Below are positions 29,834-38,394 of a stretch of DNA of 64,000 nt, piece by piece. Source of the DNA: an uncultured Candidatus Saccharibacteria bacterium (GTDB lineage Bacteria > Patescibacteriota > Minisyncoccia > SW-4-49-11); assembly GCA_964633865.1 (NCBI GenBank), contig CAZWIJ010000001.1:2352-66351 (forward strand), read 5' to 3'. Position 1 is the stretch's first letter; each line of letters starts with the position of its first letter. The notes beneath the pieces were generated by a model that did not search any database, had not been told where the DNA came from, and worked only from the letters and a program-made list of their open reading frames with translations. Position numbers and translations under genes: made by a program.

Positions 29834-30808
29834 ATGAAAAAAATTATAATCAATCAATCAATCTTAGTAAATATTCTAAAAATAACTTTTTTAATGATAG
29901 TTTTTGTGAGTGGAGTAGGGGAGGTGAGTGCAGCAGCTCAAGATGAAGCTTGTAGAGGTAAGCAACCTTTTGAAAAATGTATATATGGTTCTGCTGATCC
30001 TAATACAACAAATTATGCATGTATACCAAAACAATCTGGTGATAATGGTATCCCAGGTAATTTATTTTGTGAAAATTCAGAATCCAACATAACAAAAGCT
30101 AAAGAATGTAAATGGAAATTGACAGAAGGAGTTGTTTGTATGAAAGGTACAACACTAGGTGAGTGTATAGAAGTAATTTCAGTTGGTAGAACTAAAACTT
30201 ATACATGTAAAACTACTGATCCAGAGTCAGACTGTACTACTCTAGCCTGTGATAAAAAGTCTCCTCCTCAGACCTGTAAGGTCACTAATGGAACAGCAGC
30301 TTGCGATGCTAAAGATTCTTGTAATGATGCTTGTAAAAGTGATCCTGATAAACCAAAATGTCAGATAACAGGAACTGGTGGAGCAGGCACATGTGTTGCA
30401 GAGGATGATTATAAGTGTAAAGATAATCCTTGTACTGGAGCTACACCACATTGTATTGTGAAAAATGGAACGGGTACTTGTTCTTCAGCTAATATCCCAG
30501 CTCCTGATCTAGTTGATCCCAATGATCCAAATACACCTACTCCAACCATAGAATATGTAGAGTTCAAAAATCCTATAAGATTCAATAATATAATAGAGCT
30601 ATTAGCAGGAATCACAAATGCATTACTTACACTTCTAGGAGTGATAGCGGTACTAGTAGTAATGTCTGCAGGATTTAAGTATATGACAAGTTCTAATCCT
30701 GGAGAAGTATCTCAAGCGGTGGGAGGAATCAGGAATGCTGTAATAGGAATAGTAGTTATTATGGGAGCATACTTAATAGTGAATTATGTAATAAGTTCAG
30801 TTTTATAA
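29834..30808 (+). CDS. secreted 20-Cys ectodomain fused to divergent TrbC/VirB2-like hairpin, paralog 4
   Basis: Signal peptide (VSA|AAQ). About 190 aa with 20 Cys at regular spacing (e.g. CKTTDPESDCTTLACDK). The C-terminal 'LLTLLGVIAVLVVMSAGFKYMTSSNPGEVSQAVGGIRNAVIGIVVIMGAYLIVNYVISS' is a diverged version of the shared module. Confidence 0.5.
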   Translation: MKKIIINQSILVNILKITFLMIVFVSGVGEVSAAAQDEACRGKQPFEKCIYGSADPNTTNYACIPKQSGDNGIPGNLFCENSESNITKAKECKWKLTEGVVCMKGTTLGECIEVISVGRTKTYTCKTTDPESDCTTLACDKKSPPQTCKVTNGTAACDAKDSCNDACKSDPDKPKCQITGTGGAGTCVAEDDYKCKDNPCTGATPHCIVKNGTGTCSSANIPAPDLVDPNDPNTPTPTIEYVEFKNPIRFNNIIELLAGITNALLTLLGVIAVLVVMSAGFKYMTSSNPGEVSQAVGGIRNAVIGIVVIMGAYLIVNYVISSVL

Positions 30809-30826
30809 AAATACTAAATAAAAAAC

Positions 30827-30853
30827 CGTATATTCATAAAATATACGATTTTA
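30827..30853. terminator. bidirectional rho-independent terminator closing the pilin-like cluster
   Basis: CGTATATT-cataa-AATATACG stem-loop followed by ATTTTAATT and preceded by an A-run. Lies between convergent genes. Confidence 0.45.
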
Positions 30854-30874
30854 ATTATTGTTTAATTTAAAAAT

Positions 30875-31597
30875 TTATTCATTAGCTTGATAAACTAATA
30901 TAGCATTAGGCCATTCTTGTTTTGTTTCACCACTCTCTTTTTCAATTCTCATCGAATCTTGAGAAGGTAATTCCCACTGTAAGATTAGTATATTTTCCTT
31001 CATTATTTTTTCTGGGTATTTCTTGCATTTGCTATTTTCTGTAGCAATAGCAAGAGAATCACCATTAATATATATTGATTGTACTAGATTGCCGCCATCA
31101 TTGTCATAAGCCCCCGTGAAGCAGATTTGGATTTTTCCAGTTTGGGGCATAGTAAATCTTACTTTAGAGCCATCACTTGGAATAATTCCAAGTTCAGTAT
31201 AACCTAATGGAATTACAGGAGGATTAGGATCAAAAAATCTACTCTGAGCCAATTGAACTTTAGGTCTAGGAATAGGCTTATTCACCTGAGCTTTTAAGTG
31301 ATCTGGAAGTGTATTGTAATACCTTTCTTTTAAATGATCAGGCAGATTATTGTAAGTCTGCAATTTAATTCTTTGGGAATTCTGATTAATTTGCATAATT
31401 ATCCAGAATGTAGGAATTCCTATTAATATTAATGTAATTATTGTCCAAATTAAACCCCAATTAAACTTAGAAGCTTCTTTTACATCAGCTTTAGGAGTAG
31501 CAGTCTTAGAGCTAGTATTTTGCTTTGTTTCAGATTTAGTATCTGAGGTGGGAGTGGGGTTTGAATCACTTCCTTTAAGGTTGTTTTGAAATCCCAT
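30875..31597 (-). CDS. hypothetical membrane-anchored protein with Thr/Ser-rich N-terminus and duplicated 'YNxLPDHLK' motif
   Basis: 240 aa with one TM. The internal repeat is 'YNNLPDHLKERY / YNTLPDHLKAQV'. Confidence 0.4.
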   Translation of the reverse strand: MGFQNNLKGSDSNPTPTSDTKSETKQNTSSKTATPKADVKEASKFNWGLIWTIITLILIGIPTFWIIMQINQNSQRIKLQTYNNLPDHLKERYYNTLPDHLKAQVNKPIPRPKVQLAQSRFFDPNPPVIPLGYTELGIIPSDGSKVRFTMPQTGKIQICFTGAYDNDGGNLVQSIYINGDSLAIATENSKCKKYPEKIMKENILILQWELPSQDSMRIEKESGETKQEWPNAILVYQANE

Positions 31598-31723
31598 AAA
31601 TTAAAAATTGTAAATATGAAAGAACTAGAAGATTTTAGCATAAAAACAACATTTTGTCAATATTTATTATCAATAAATAAAAAAGGCAGATTATATAATC
31701 TGTCTTGGTATTTTGATCGAGAA

Positions 31724-32914
31724 TTAGCCATCTTTAGAACTATCTAAGGCAGCTATGATTTGACTAACTATATTGAGACCATCACCACCTCCTTGGAAGA
31801 AAAATTTAGCTTTATCACCAAGTACTTCTGCTACAGCTGGGTATTTAGATAAAATATTAAATAATTCTTGTTCAGAGATTGAACCACCAGAACCAGTATT
31901 TTCTTCTAAAATAGCTTCGATAATACCTTTAGATTGTATTAGTAGAGCTTTTGCTTCACCAGTTCTTTGGACTCTTAGAGCTTTTGCTTCACCAAGTTTT
32001 TGGGTTCTTAGAGCTTTTGCTTCTCCAATTCTTTGGGTTCTTAGAGCTATTGCTTCTCCTATTTTTGATTCAATCAAGTTTTTATTCTGTTCTTTAACTA
32101 TCTCGTACTGAATTTTAGTAGCATCTAACTTAGCATTTTGCTCAGCTGATAATCTTCCTCTTTCTTCTCTTGCTTTATCTATAGATTCAGGTGGATTTAT
32201 GTCTACTATGAAAAGCTCCATCAAACATAATCCAGATTCTCTCAATTTATTCACAATTTCAGAACCAATTTGTGATCCAGGTGTTGGTACTAAGATGTTA
32301 TTAACTTTCTGTAATCCTAGTTCTTTGTAAAGCCTATCTTGTTTGATATTAGATATACCGGTAACTTCAAAGTCATCTGCTTGATAAGAAGGATTGTTTC
32401 TCAAAAACTCTGCTTGCTCATTTTTGTCTCTTTCATATATTTGTCCTTGAAAGATAGTCTTAACATAAGAATTAAGAATTAATTCTGTCTGTTGGACATA
32501 ATCTTGTTGAGCAGCAATATAGTGAGCTTTCCAATAATCTTCTAAGTTATTGGAATTATCTGAAATCTTTGCGATAGCAGTTGCTTTCAAGGTGATAATC
32601 ATATTCTGAAGTTCTACCTTTGCCATATCCTTTCCTTCTACTGATCCATCATGTCTAAATAAATAGGAATTAAAAGGAACAGAATGCATGGGTTCTATGA
32701 ACTTATGGAGAAAGTTTTTTAATAAAAACCAATGTGGTCCTGATGTTAAAAATCCTGAGCCTACAATATGTTGAGGATTAACTCCTTTTTGTGGTCTATT
32801 ACCTAGAAAAGAAATTAACCACACTTGATCATCAGGAACAATGAAAAATCCTTGTATTAATAATACTATTATAAAAATCAAGATTAATAAAAAAGATAAT
32901 AGGGAGATTCCCAT
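31724..32914 (-). CDS. SPFH/Band-7 (flotillin/HflC-like) membrane protein with C-terminal EA-type repeats
   Basis: N-terminal TM, an SPFH core ('VDINPPESIDKAREE'), then 'IGEAIALRTQRIGEAKALRTQKLGEAKALRVQRTGEAKAL'. Confidence 0.65.
   Translation of the reverse strand: MGISLLSFLLILIFIIVLLIQGFFIVPDDQVWLISFLGNRPQKGVNPQHIVGSGFLTSGPHWFLLKNFLHKFIEPMHSVPFNSYLFRHDGSVEGKDMAKVELQNMIITLKATAIAKISDNSNNLEDYWKAHYIAAQQDYVQQTELILNSYVKTIFQGQIYERDKNEQAEFLRNNPSYQADDFEVTGISNIKQDRLYKELGLQKVNNILVPTPGSQIGSEIVNKLRESGLCLMELFIVDINPPESIDKAREERGRLSAEQNAKLDATKIQYEIVKEQNKNLIESKIGEAIALRTQRIGEAKALRTQKLGEAKALRVQRTGEAKALLIQSKGIIEAILEENTGSGGSISEQELFNILSKYPAVAEVLGDKAKFFFQGGGDGLNIVSQIIAALDSSKDG
31944..32075. repeat. 4 x 33-bp in-frame tandem repeat inside the SPFH gene
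   Basis: The units agagcttttgcttcaccagttctttggactctt / …accaagtttttgggttctt / …ctccaattctttgggttctt / degenerate fourth unit encode 11-aa 'KALRTQxxGEA' repeats. Confidence 0.7.
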
Positions 32915-33063
32915 TTTTCACCTCATTTCAATGTACATTTACTAAGTCAGAATATCATAACTGATATATTTTGTCAATATCTTATAATAAAAAAAGACAG
33001 ATTAGGTAATCTGTCTTGGAAATAAATAAAACTTAGTTTTAATTATTGGTTTTACTATAAGCA

Positions 33064-33297
33064 TTAATTTTTTTCAAGAGTAAGGTTTATTTTTGCTATA
33101 ATTTCCATTACATTTGCACCTCCTTTAAAATCAGGTATAATTTTATGCAAGGCTTTTTTTAGTAAAGTATATTTATTTAACTTATCAAAAATATCTTGTT
33201 CTGAGATATTTCCATAAGAATCTCTCTTTTTGATAATAGTTTTTATAAAAATATATCTTTCTAAATTAATAACTTTTCTTAATTTGTCTCTTTCCAT
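33064..33297 (-). CDS. hypothetical small protein (77 aa from the SD-supported start)
   Basis: The ORF track gives 89 aa. The internal Met 'MERDKLRK…' is preceded by a strong SD 'GGAGGTG' 7 nt upstream, so I trimmed the start to 33297. Confidence 0.35.
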   Translation of the reverse strand: MERDKLRKVINLERYIFIKTIIKKRDSYGNISEQDIFDKLNKYTLLKKALHKIIPDFKGGANVMEIIAKINLTLEKN

Positions 33298-33444
33298 GAA
33301 ATTCACCTCCCTTTGAATCATAAAAAAGTACAATACAATTATACAGATAGTATACTTTTTCTTAGATTTTTTGTCAATTCAAAAGCTCATTTTTATAATT
33401 AAAATTATAAATTAGAATAGATGTCAAAAAAATATATTATATTA

Positions 33445-33473
33445 TTGACTAAAACTATTTAATAGATTATAAT
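33445..33473 (+). promoter_or_regulatory. sigma70-like promoter (TTGACT-17-TATAAT) for the V-ATPase operon
   Basis: TTGACT at 33445-33450, a 17-nt spacer, and TATAAT at 33468-33473, about 30 nt upstream of the 33505 ATG. Confidence 0.45.
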
Positions 33474-33504
33474 GAATCTGTATGTAATTTAAAATATTTT
33501 TAAT

Positions 33505-33789
33505 ATGAAAAAACTTATTAAGCTTATTGATTTAGAAAAATCCTATAAGAAAAGTAAAGAAGCTTTAGAAAAAGAGTATTCAGATACTAAAGAAAAACTA
33601 GAAAAAGAATATCAAGATAAAGTTTTATCCATTAATAATAAAATACAAAATAAAGAGTCTATTATTAAAGAAAAATTAAAGGATAGTATTGATAATATAG
33701 ATATAAAAAATAATAAGGAGAAGGAGATAGAATATACTTTAGATGTAGAGAAGGTTAAGAATATTATCAGACAATTTTTAAATAATTAG
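33505..33789 (+). CDS. small coiled-coil protein, putative V-ATPase peripheral-stalk subunit (G/H-like)
   Basis: 94 aa, Lys/Glu-rich and entirely helical. It is the first gene of the V-ATPase operon. The assignment rests on position and composition only. Confidence 0.35.
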   Translation: MKKLIKLIDLEKSYKKSKEALEKEYSDTKEKLEKEYQDKVLSINNKIQNKESIIKEKLKDSIDNIDIKNNKEKEIEYTLDVEKVKNIIRQFLNN

Positions 33790-33804
33790 GTATAAAATAA
33801 TTTT

Positions 33805-35853
33805 ATGAGTGTAAAATTAGCTAGTCAGTACAAAATTTCAATAAATAATGAAGACAAAATATATCTTTTGAGACACTTACAAGCAATAGAGTCTGTAGAA
33901 ATTGTTACTAATGATAATCCAGAGAGTTTAGGAGAAGAAGAACTTTCATTAAAAAATGAACTGTTGGATAAATTAGATAGAATTGATAAATCTATTGATA
34001 TATTCCTTAAAATTAATCCTATTAAAAAAAATATTTTATCTGGATTACTTGACTTTAGAGTAAAAATTAAAGAAGAAGAGTTCAAAAAAATTTCTTCGAA
34101 TCAAGATGATATAATCTCAGAAGTAGACTATATTAATAAAATATCAGAAGAAAAAGAAGATTTATATCTTAGAAATAGAATTTTAAAAGATATTATAAAA
34201 AAGGTAGAACCTTTGAAAAATATAGAATTAGATATCTTTGATGATTTTAAGTATATTGATTTTATACCTTTTATGATTGGAGCTAATAGATCTCATTATG
34301 TGCTAGATCAAATTGAGAATCTATTCCCTAATACTATTTTTGAATCTATCAAAAAAATAGATAAAGAATATGTATATTTGATTGCTTTCCAAAAAAATGA
34401 TTATAAAGAAATTTATGAATTCATATCTAGTCAAGCAACAGTCTTTAACTTTAGATTAAATAATCTAGGGAATTCTTTTTATGAGATTTATAATAGAGCT
34501 TCTGATGAAATAAAGTTAAATCAAGATAAAATAGAATCTATTTCCAAAGATTTAAGTAAAACTAAAATTAATTTAGAACAACTTTATACTATAAAAGATA
34601 TTTTGAAGTCACAAATTAATATTATAGATGAATTACATAATTTCAATTCTATTAATAATGAAATGTCTTATATAAGGGTTTGGGTATCTGAAGAAAATAT
34701 TCATAAAATTTCTGTTAAGATTAAGAGATTGTTCAAAAACTATACCTTTATTGAATCTTCAACTATAAAAGGAGATGCTCCTGTAATTATGACAAATAAT
34801 AAGCTTGTCTCTAATTTTGAATCAATAACTAAAATTATGGGTATGCCTAAAGGTGGTTCTATTGATCCCACTTTCTTTGTAGCATTTTTCTTTACCTTTA
34901 TGTTTGGGTTAGCTTTATCTGAGGCTGGATATGCTGTGGTCTTAATTTTGATCGTTGGATTTTTATTAACCCTCAAAAATCTAAAAGAATCTATCAGGGC
35001 ATTTATGTTAGTTATATTATTCTCTTCTATTACTACTTTGATAGTTGGAGCTATGTTTGGTAGTTGGTTTGGAGTAGTTCCTGATGATGTTATTATTTAT
35101 GAAGATGCATTACCTCATATGAAGTTTTTGATAGATATTGGATTAATTGGTGTATTGCAAAAATTACAAGTATTGAATCCTATGAGTACTGTGGTTTCAT
35201 TAATGGTATTTACTGTAGTAATTGGTTTAATTCACTTGTTACTAGGACTCATTTTGGGGTTTGTCCGAGAATATTCTAGAGGGAATGCTCTTAATGGTGC
35301 ATTAGATTCATTGTCGTGGTTTTTCTTAATTATACTTGGATTATTTACTACTCTTGCTAGGCAAAATTTACTAGGGGAAGGATTATATTATTTATCATCA
35401 ATAATGATTTTGATATTGATTGGATATAGTGTAATTATGATATTTGTTTTGGGTCGTGATGCAGGTAAAAATATTTTTCTTAAATTTGGAAAAGGTTTAT
35501 ACGATATGTTCTTTGGTATTATAGGTTATCTTTCCGATACTTTATCTTATACTAGGTTGATTGCTCTTGGTTTGGCTACAGGTATTATTGCTGGAGTTGT
35601 GGGTACTTTAGCTAGATTAGCTGGAGAGGGATTAGTAGATAAAGGTGGAGTTTATATTATTATAGGTTATATAATTATGACTGTGATATTCATATTTGGG
35701 CATATCTTTAATATTGCTCTTAATGTTTTGGGTACCTATATTAATGTAGGAAGACTTCACTTTGTAGAATTTTTTAGTAAGTTTTTTGAATCTGGAGGAA
35801 GAGAAATATCTTATCTAAAAAGATCTCAGGAATTTATTAAGATAGAAAAGTAG
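33805..35853 (+). CDS. ntpI: V-type ATP synthase subunit I (a)
   Basis: 682 aa. A ~350-aa hydrophilic N-terminal half is followed by a polytopic C-terminal half, and it is encoded directly upstream of the proteolipid. Confidence 0.75.
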   Translation: MSVKLASQYKISINNEDKIYLLRHLQAIESVEIVTNDNPESLGEEELSLKNELLDKLDRIDKSIDIFLKINPIKKNILSGLLDFRVKIKEEEFKKISSNQDDIISEVDYINKISEEKEDLYLRNRILKDIIKKVEPLKNIELDIFDDFKYIDFIPFMIGANRSHYVLDQIENLFPNTIFESIKKIDKEYVYLIAFQKNDYKEIYEFISSQATVFNFRLNNLGNSFYEIYNRASDEIKLNQDKIESISKDLSKTKINLEQLYTIKDILKSQINIIDELHNFNSINNEMSYIRVWVSEENIHKISVKIKRLFKNYTFIESSTIKGDAPVIMTNNKLVSNFESITKIMGMPKGGSIDPTFFVAFFFTFMFGLALSEAGYAVVLILIVGFLLTLKNLKESIRAFMLVILFSSITTLIVGAMFGSWFGVVPDDVIIYEDALPHMKFLIDIGLIGVLQKLQVLNPMSTVVSLMVFTVVIGLIHLLLGLILGFVREYSRGNALNGALDSLSWFFLIILGLFTTLARQNLLGEGLYYLSSIMILILIGYSVIMIFVLGRDAGKNIFLKFGKGLYDMFFGIIGYLSDTLSYTRLIALGLATGIIAGVVGTLARLAGEGLVDKGGVYIIIGYIIMTVIFIFGHIFNIALNVLGTYINVGRLHFVEFFSKFFESGGREISYLKRSQEFIKIEK

Positions 35854-35976
35854 ACTAAATATAATTTATGTTTTCTTTTCCAATGATATTTAGGTTGATA
35901 TTATTGGAAAGGAAACCAAAATAAATTTGTTTGGATTGCCTTATATAAAAATTTATTAGCTTATCAAAATATTAAT

Positions 35977-36453
35977 ATGGAATTATTAGGAATTAGTTTA
36001 GCAGTTTTAGGTGCAGCTTTATCTGCTGGTCTTGCTGGAGCTGGATCAGCTATGGGAGTTGCTAAATCAGCTGAAACTGGCGCAGGTCTAGTCTCAGAAG
36101 ATGAATCGCAATTTGGTAATGTTCTTTTGTTATCTGCATTACCTGGATCCCAAGCTATTTATGGTCTTTTAGCATCTATTATAATCTTACAAAATACTGG
36201 AGTTTTAACAGGTGAATTTGTAAATCTTCCTTGGCAGAATGGTTTATTATTAGCTTTTGCTGGAATACCTGTTGGGGTAACTTGTTTGTTATCTGGTAAA
36301 TACCAGGGAAATGTTATTGCTAGTGGGATGCAAGTTATCGCTAAAGATAAGAGTAAAATTGGACAAGTGATTATTTTAGCTGCTTTGGTAGAAACTTTCG
36401 CGGTCTTTGGATTATTGGTTTCTATTTTGATGATAAATGGAGTAAAAATCTAA
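35977..36453 (+). CDS. ntpK: V-type ATP synthase proteolipid subunit K (c)
   Basis: 158 aa, four helices, Gly/Ala-rich 'LGAALSAGLAGAGSAMGV'. A duplicated c-ring hairpin. Confidence 0.8.
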   Translation: MELLGISLAVLGAALSAGLAGAGSAMGVAKSAETGAGLVSEDESQFGNVLLLSALPGSQAIYGLLASIIILQNTGVLTGEFVNLPWQNGLLLAFAGIPVGVTCLLSGKYQGNVIASGMQVIAKDKSKIGQVIILAALVETFAVFGLLVSILMINGVKI

Positions 36454-36466
36454 TATATAAATTTAT

Positions 36467-37006
36467 ATGTCTATTCAAAATATAGTTAAAGCAAAGATTG
36501 AAAAAGATTTAGAAGAGTTAGAATTGTATTATCAAAAAGAGTTGAAGTTAATTTCTGAGAATTTTGAGCTTAAGACTAAAAACTTAGAAAGAAAATATAA
36601 TAGTGAAATTTCTAATGTGATTGATTCTGAGTTAAATATGCATAAGTTTTTGAATAAAAGAGATTCAAAATTTAAAAATGAATCAAATTTTAATAAATCT
36701 CTAGATAAGATTTATTCTGATATGATAATTGAAATAATTGAAAGTAAGTTTGGTAAGAATATTTTGAATAAATTTGTAAAAGATTTGGATAAAAATAGTG
36801 AGTTTATAGTTAAGGGTAAATTATCTGACAAATTAATTTCTGAATTAAAAGCTTTAGGTTACTCTAATTTCGAAAAACACCAAGATGAATCTATTCTTGG
36901 TATAGTTTTGTATCAAGAAGAAGATAGATATCTAGAATTTGATTTAGAAGATATTATAGAGAATGTAAAGAAGTTAACTTTAAATAAAGTTATTGAATCA
37001 TTATAA
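36467..37006 (+). CDS. ntpE: V-type ATP synthase subunit E
   Basis: 179 aa. A long N-terminal helix plus a C-terminal globular part 'GIVLYQEEDRYLEFDLEDII'. Position in the operon also fits. Confidence 0.6.
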   Translation: MSIQNIVKAKIEKDLEELELYYQKELKLISENFELKTKNLERKYNSEISNVIDSELNMHKFLNKRDSKFKNESNFNKSLDKIYSDMIIEIIESKFGKNILNKFVKDLDKNSEFIVKGKLSDKLISELKALGYSNFEKHQDESILGIVLYQEEDRYLEFDLEDIIENVKKLTLNKVIESL

Positions 37007-37008
37007 TT

Positions 37009-37941
37009 ATGGCTATGCAAATACCAATAGCTAGCCTATCAGCTAGCTTGATAGTAAAATTTCACAAGATACCAAAGTATCAGGAGCTACTTACAATTAT
37101 TTCTGAGAGTAGTTTTTTTGATGATATTGATTCTTTTTTGAAGAAATATCTAGTAATTGATAATACTCAAAATTTAAATCTTTCTTATTTTAATGAATAT
37201 TATGAAAAAGAAATAAATTATATCATTAATAGATTGCCAGATGAAAGTTTCTCTAAGATGTATTTAGTGTTACAAAAAGATTATGAGACATTAAAAGGTA
37301 TTGTATTATTTTTAAAACAAAATAATCAGGAATTTGGTAAAGATAATTTTGTAAAGGTGATGTCTGAGATTTCAGATAAATTAGTTTATAATCAAGATTT
37401 TAAGAAATATTTATCTAAAAAAGAATATGCTATAGAAAGATCAGTAGAGGTATATGGTTTAATCGCTTATTTAGAAGAAATTTATCTTACAATTTTGTCA
37501 GAGAAATTTAAAGATGCTCCTAAATTTTTTCAAAATTATCTGGAAGCAAAAATAAATACATATTATTTTATGTCAGCGATAAAGAGGACAGAACTTGGTC
37601 AATCTAAAGATCATATCCTAAATCATATTATTTCGATTCCTGGAGTTTTCTCTGTTTTAGAAAAGATGACATTTGGAGATATTGTGGGTGAGATTGGAGA
37701 ATATCTAAGATTGCCTATAGAGCAAATAAATGTAATTAATATTGAAAAAACTTTACTTATGAATGAAGTTAAAGCTATTAATCAAGCTAATTATCTTGGT
37801 CTTCATGATGAGAAAATTTTGCAATATATAGTTACTCTCAAATACTTTGGTAATAATATTAAATTAGCTTATCTCAAAAAAAGCATTAAACTACACGATA
37901 CTGAATTATTTGCTCGTATGATAGATTATAATTTTATATAA
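37009..37941 (+). CDS. ntpC: V-type ATP synthase subunit C (d)
   Basis: 310-aa helical protein in the canonical position between E and F. Confidence 0.6.
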   Translation: MAMQIPIASLSASLIVKFHKIPKYQELLTIISESSFFDDIDSFLKKYLVIDNTQNLNLSYFNEYYEKEINYIINRLPDESFSKMYLVLQKDYETLKGIVLFLKQNNQEFGKDNFVKVMSEISDKLVYNQDFKKYLSKKEYAIERSVEVYGLIAYLEEIYLTILSEKFKDAPKFFQNYLEAKINTYYFMSAIKRTELGQSKDHILNHIISIPGVFSVLEKMTFGDIVGEIGEYLRLPIEQINVINIEKTLLMNEVKAINQANYLGLHDEKILQYIVTLKYFGNNIKLAYLKKSIKLHDTELFARMIDYNFI

Positions 37942-37945
37942 ATAT

Positions 37946-38266
37946 ATGAATTCAAAAAAGTCGATATTTATAGGAAAAAAAGAAACAGTGACCTTGTTTA
38001 GAATTTTTGGTTTTGAGACAATTTCTTTAGATGAATTTGATGAGAAAGAAATCTTTGATAAGATAATTTCTGATAAAGATAATATAGGTTTAATTTTAAG
38101 AACAAATCAATTGGTTTTTTCTAATAAACAAAATGAAACTATTTTTGAACTTAATATTCCAATTATTGAAATTCCTATTGCTGAAGGTGAATCAGAATTA
38201 CAAATTAATGATTTACAGAATTTAATAGAAAAAGCTGTCGGAATGAAATTAGACTTTTTGAAGTAA
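37946..38266 (+). CDS. ntpF: V-type ATP synthase subunit F
   Basis: 106 aa. 'IFIGKKETVTLFRIFGFE' matches subunit F N-termini. Confidence 0.6.
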   Translation: MNSKKSIFIGKKETVTLFRIFGFETISLDEFDEKEIFDKIISDKDNIGLILRTNQLVFSNKQNETIFELNIPIIEIPIAEGESELQINDLQNLIEKAVGMKLDFLK

Positions 38267-38316
38267 AGATTTTGTTTTTGGATATATATTTATAATTCTT
38301 ATTGTAGGTATATATT

Positions 38317-38333
38317 CGAGAATAAAATTCTCG
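38317..38333 (+). promoter_or_regulatory. intra-operon stem-loop between ntpF and ntpA
   Basis: Perfect 7-bp stem CGAGAAT-aaa-ATTCTCG in a 128-nt intergenic gap, with no T-run after it. Confidence 0.3.
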
Positions 38334-38394
38334 CCAAGTTTGTTTAGCTTGGAATCAAATTAGTTTTATAGGTTGTATTAAAATAAATTGTTAT

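Noticed and set aside
28125-30808. Type IV (PilA/ComGC-type) pilins as an explanation for the hairpin proteins
   Set aside because: There is no class III prepilin signal (G|F/MxxxE) at the N-terminus. Instead there are ordinary cleavable signal peptides (AxA sites), and the hydrophobic hairpin is C-terminal. That fits TrbC/VirB2-type, not PilA-type.
31944-32075. 33-bp direct repeats considered as a possible CRISPR or minisatellite
   Set aside because: The repeats are contiguous with no spacers, in-frame within the SPFH coding sequence, and they encode a sensible coiled-coil peptide repeat. This is not a CRISPR array.
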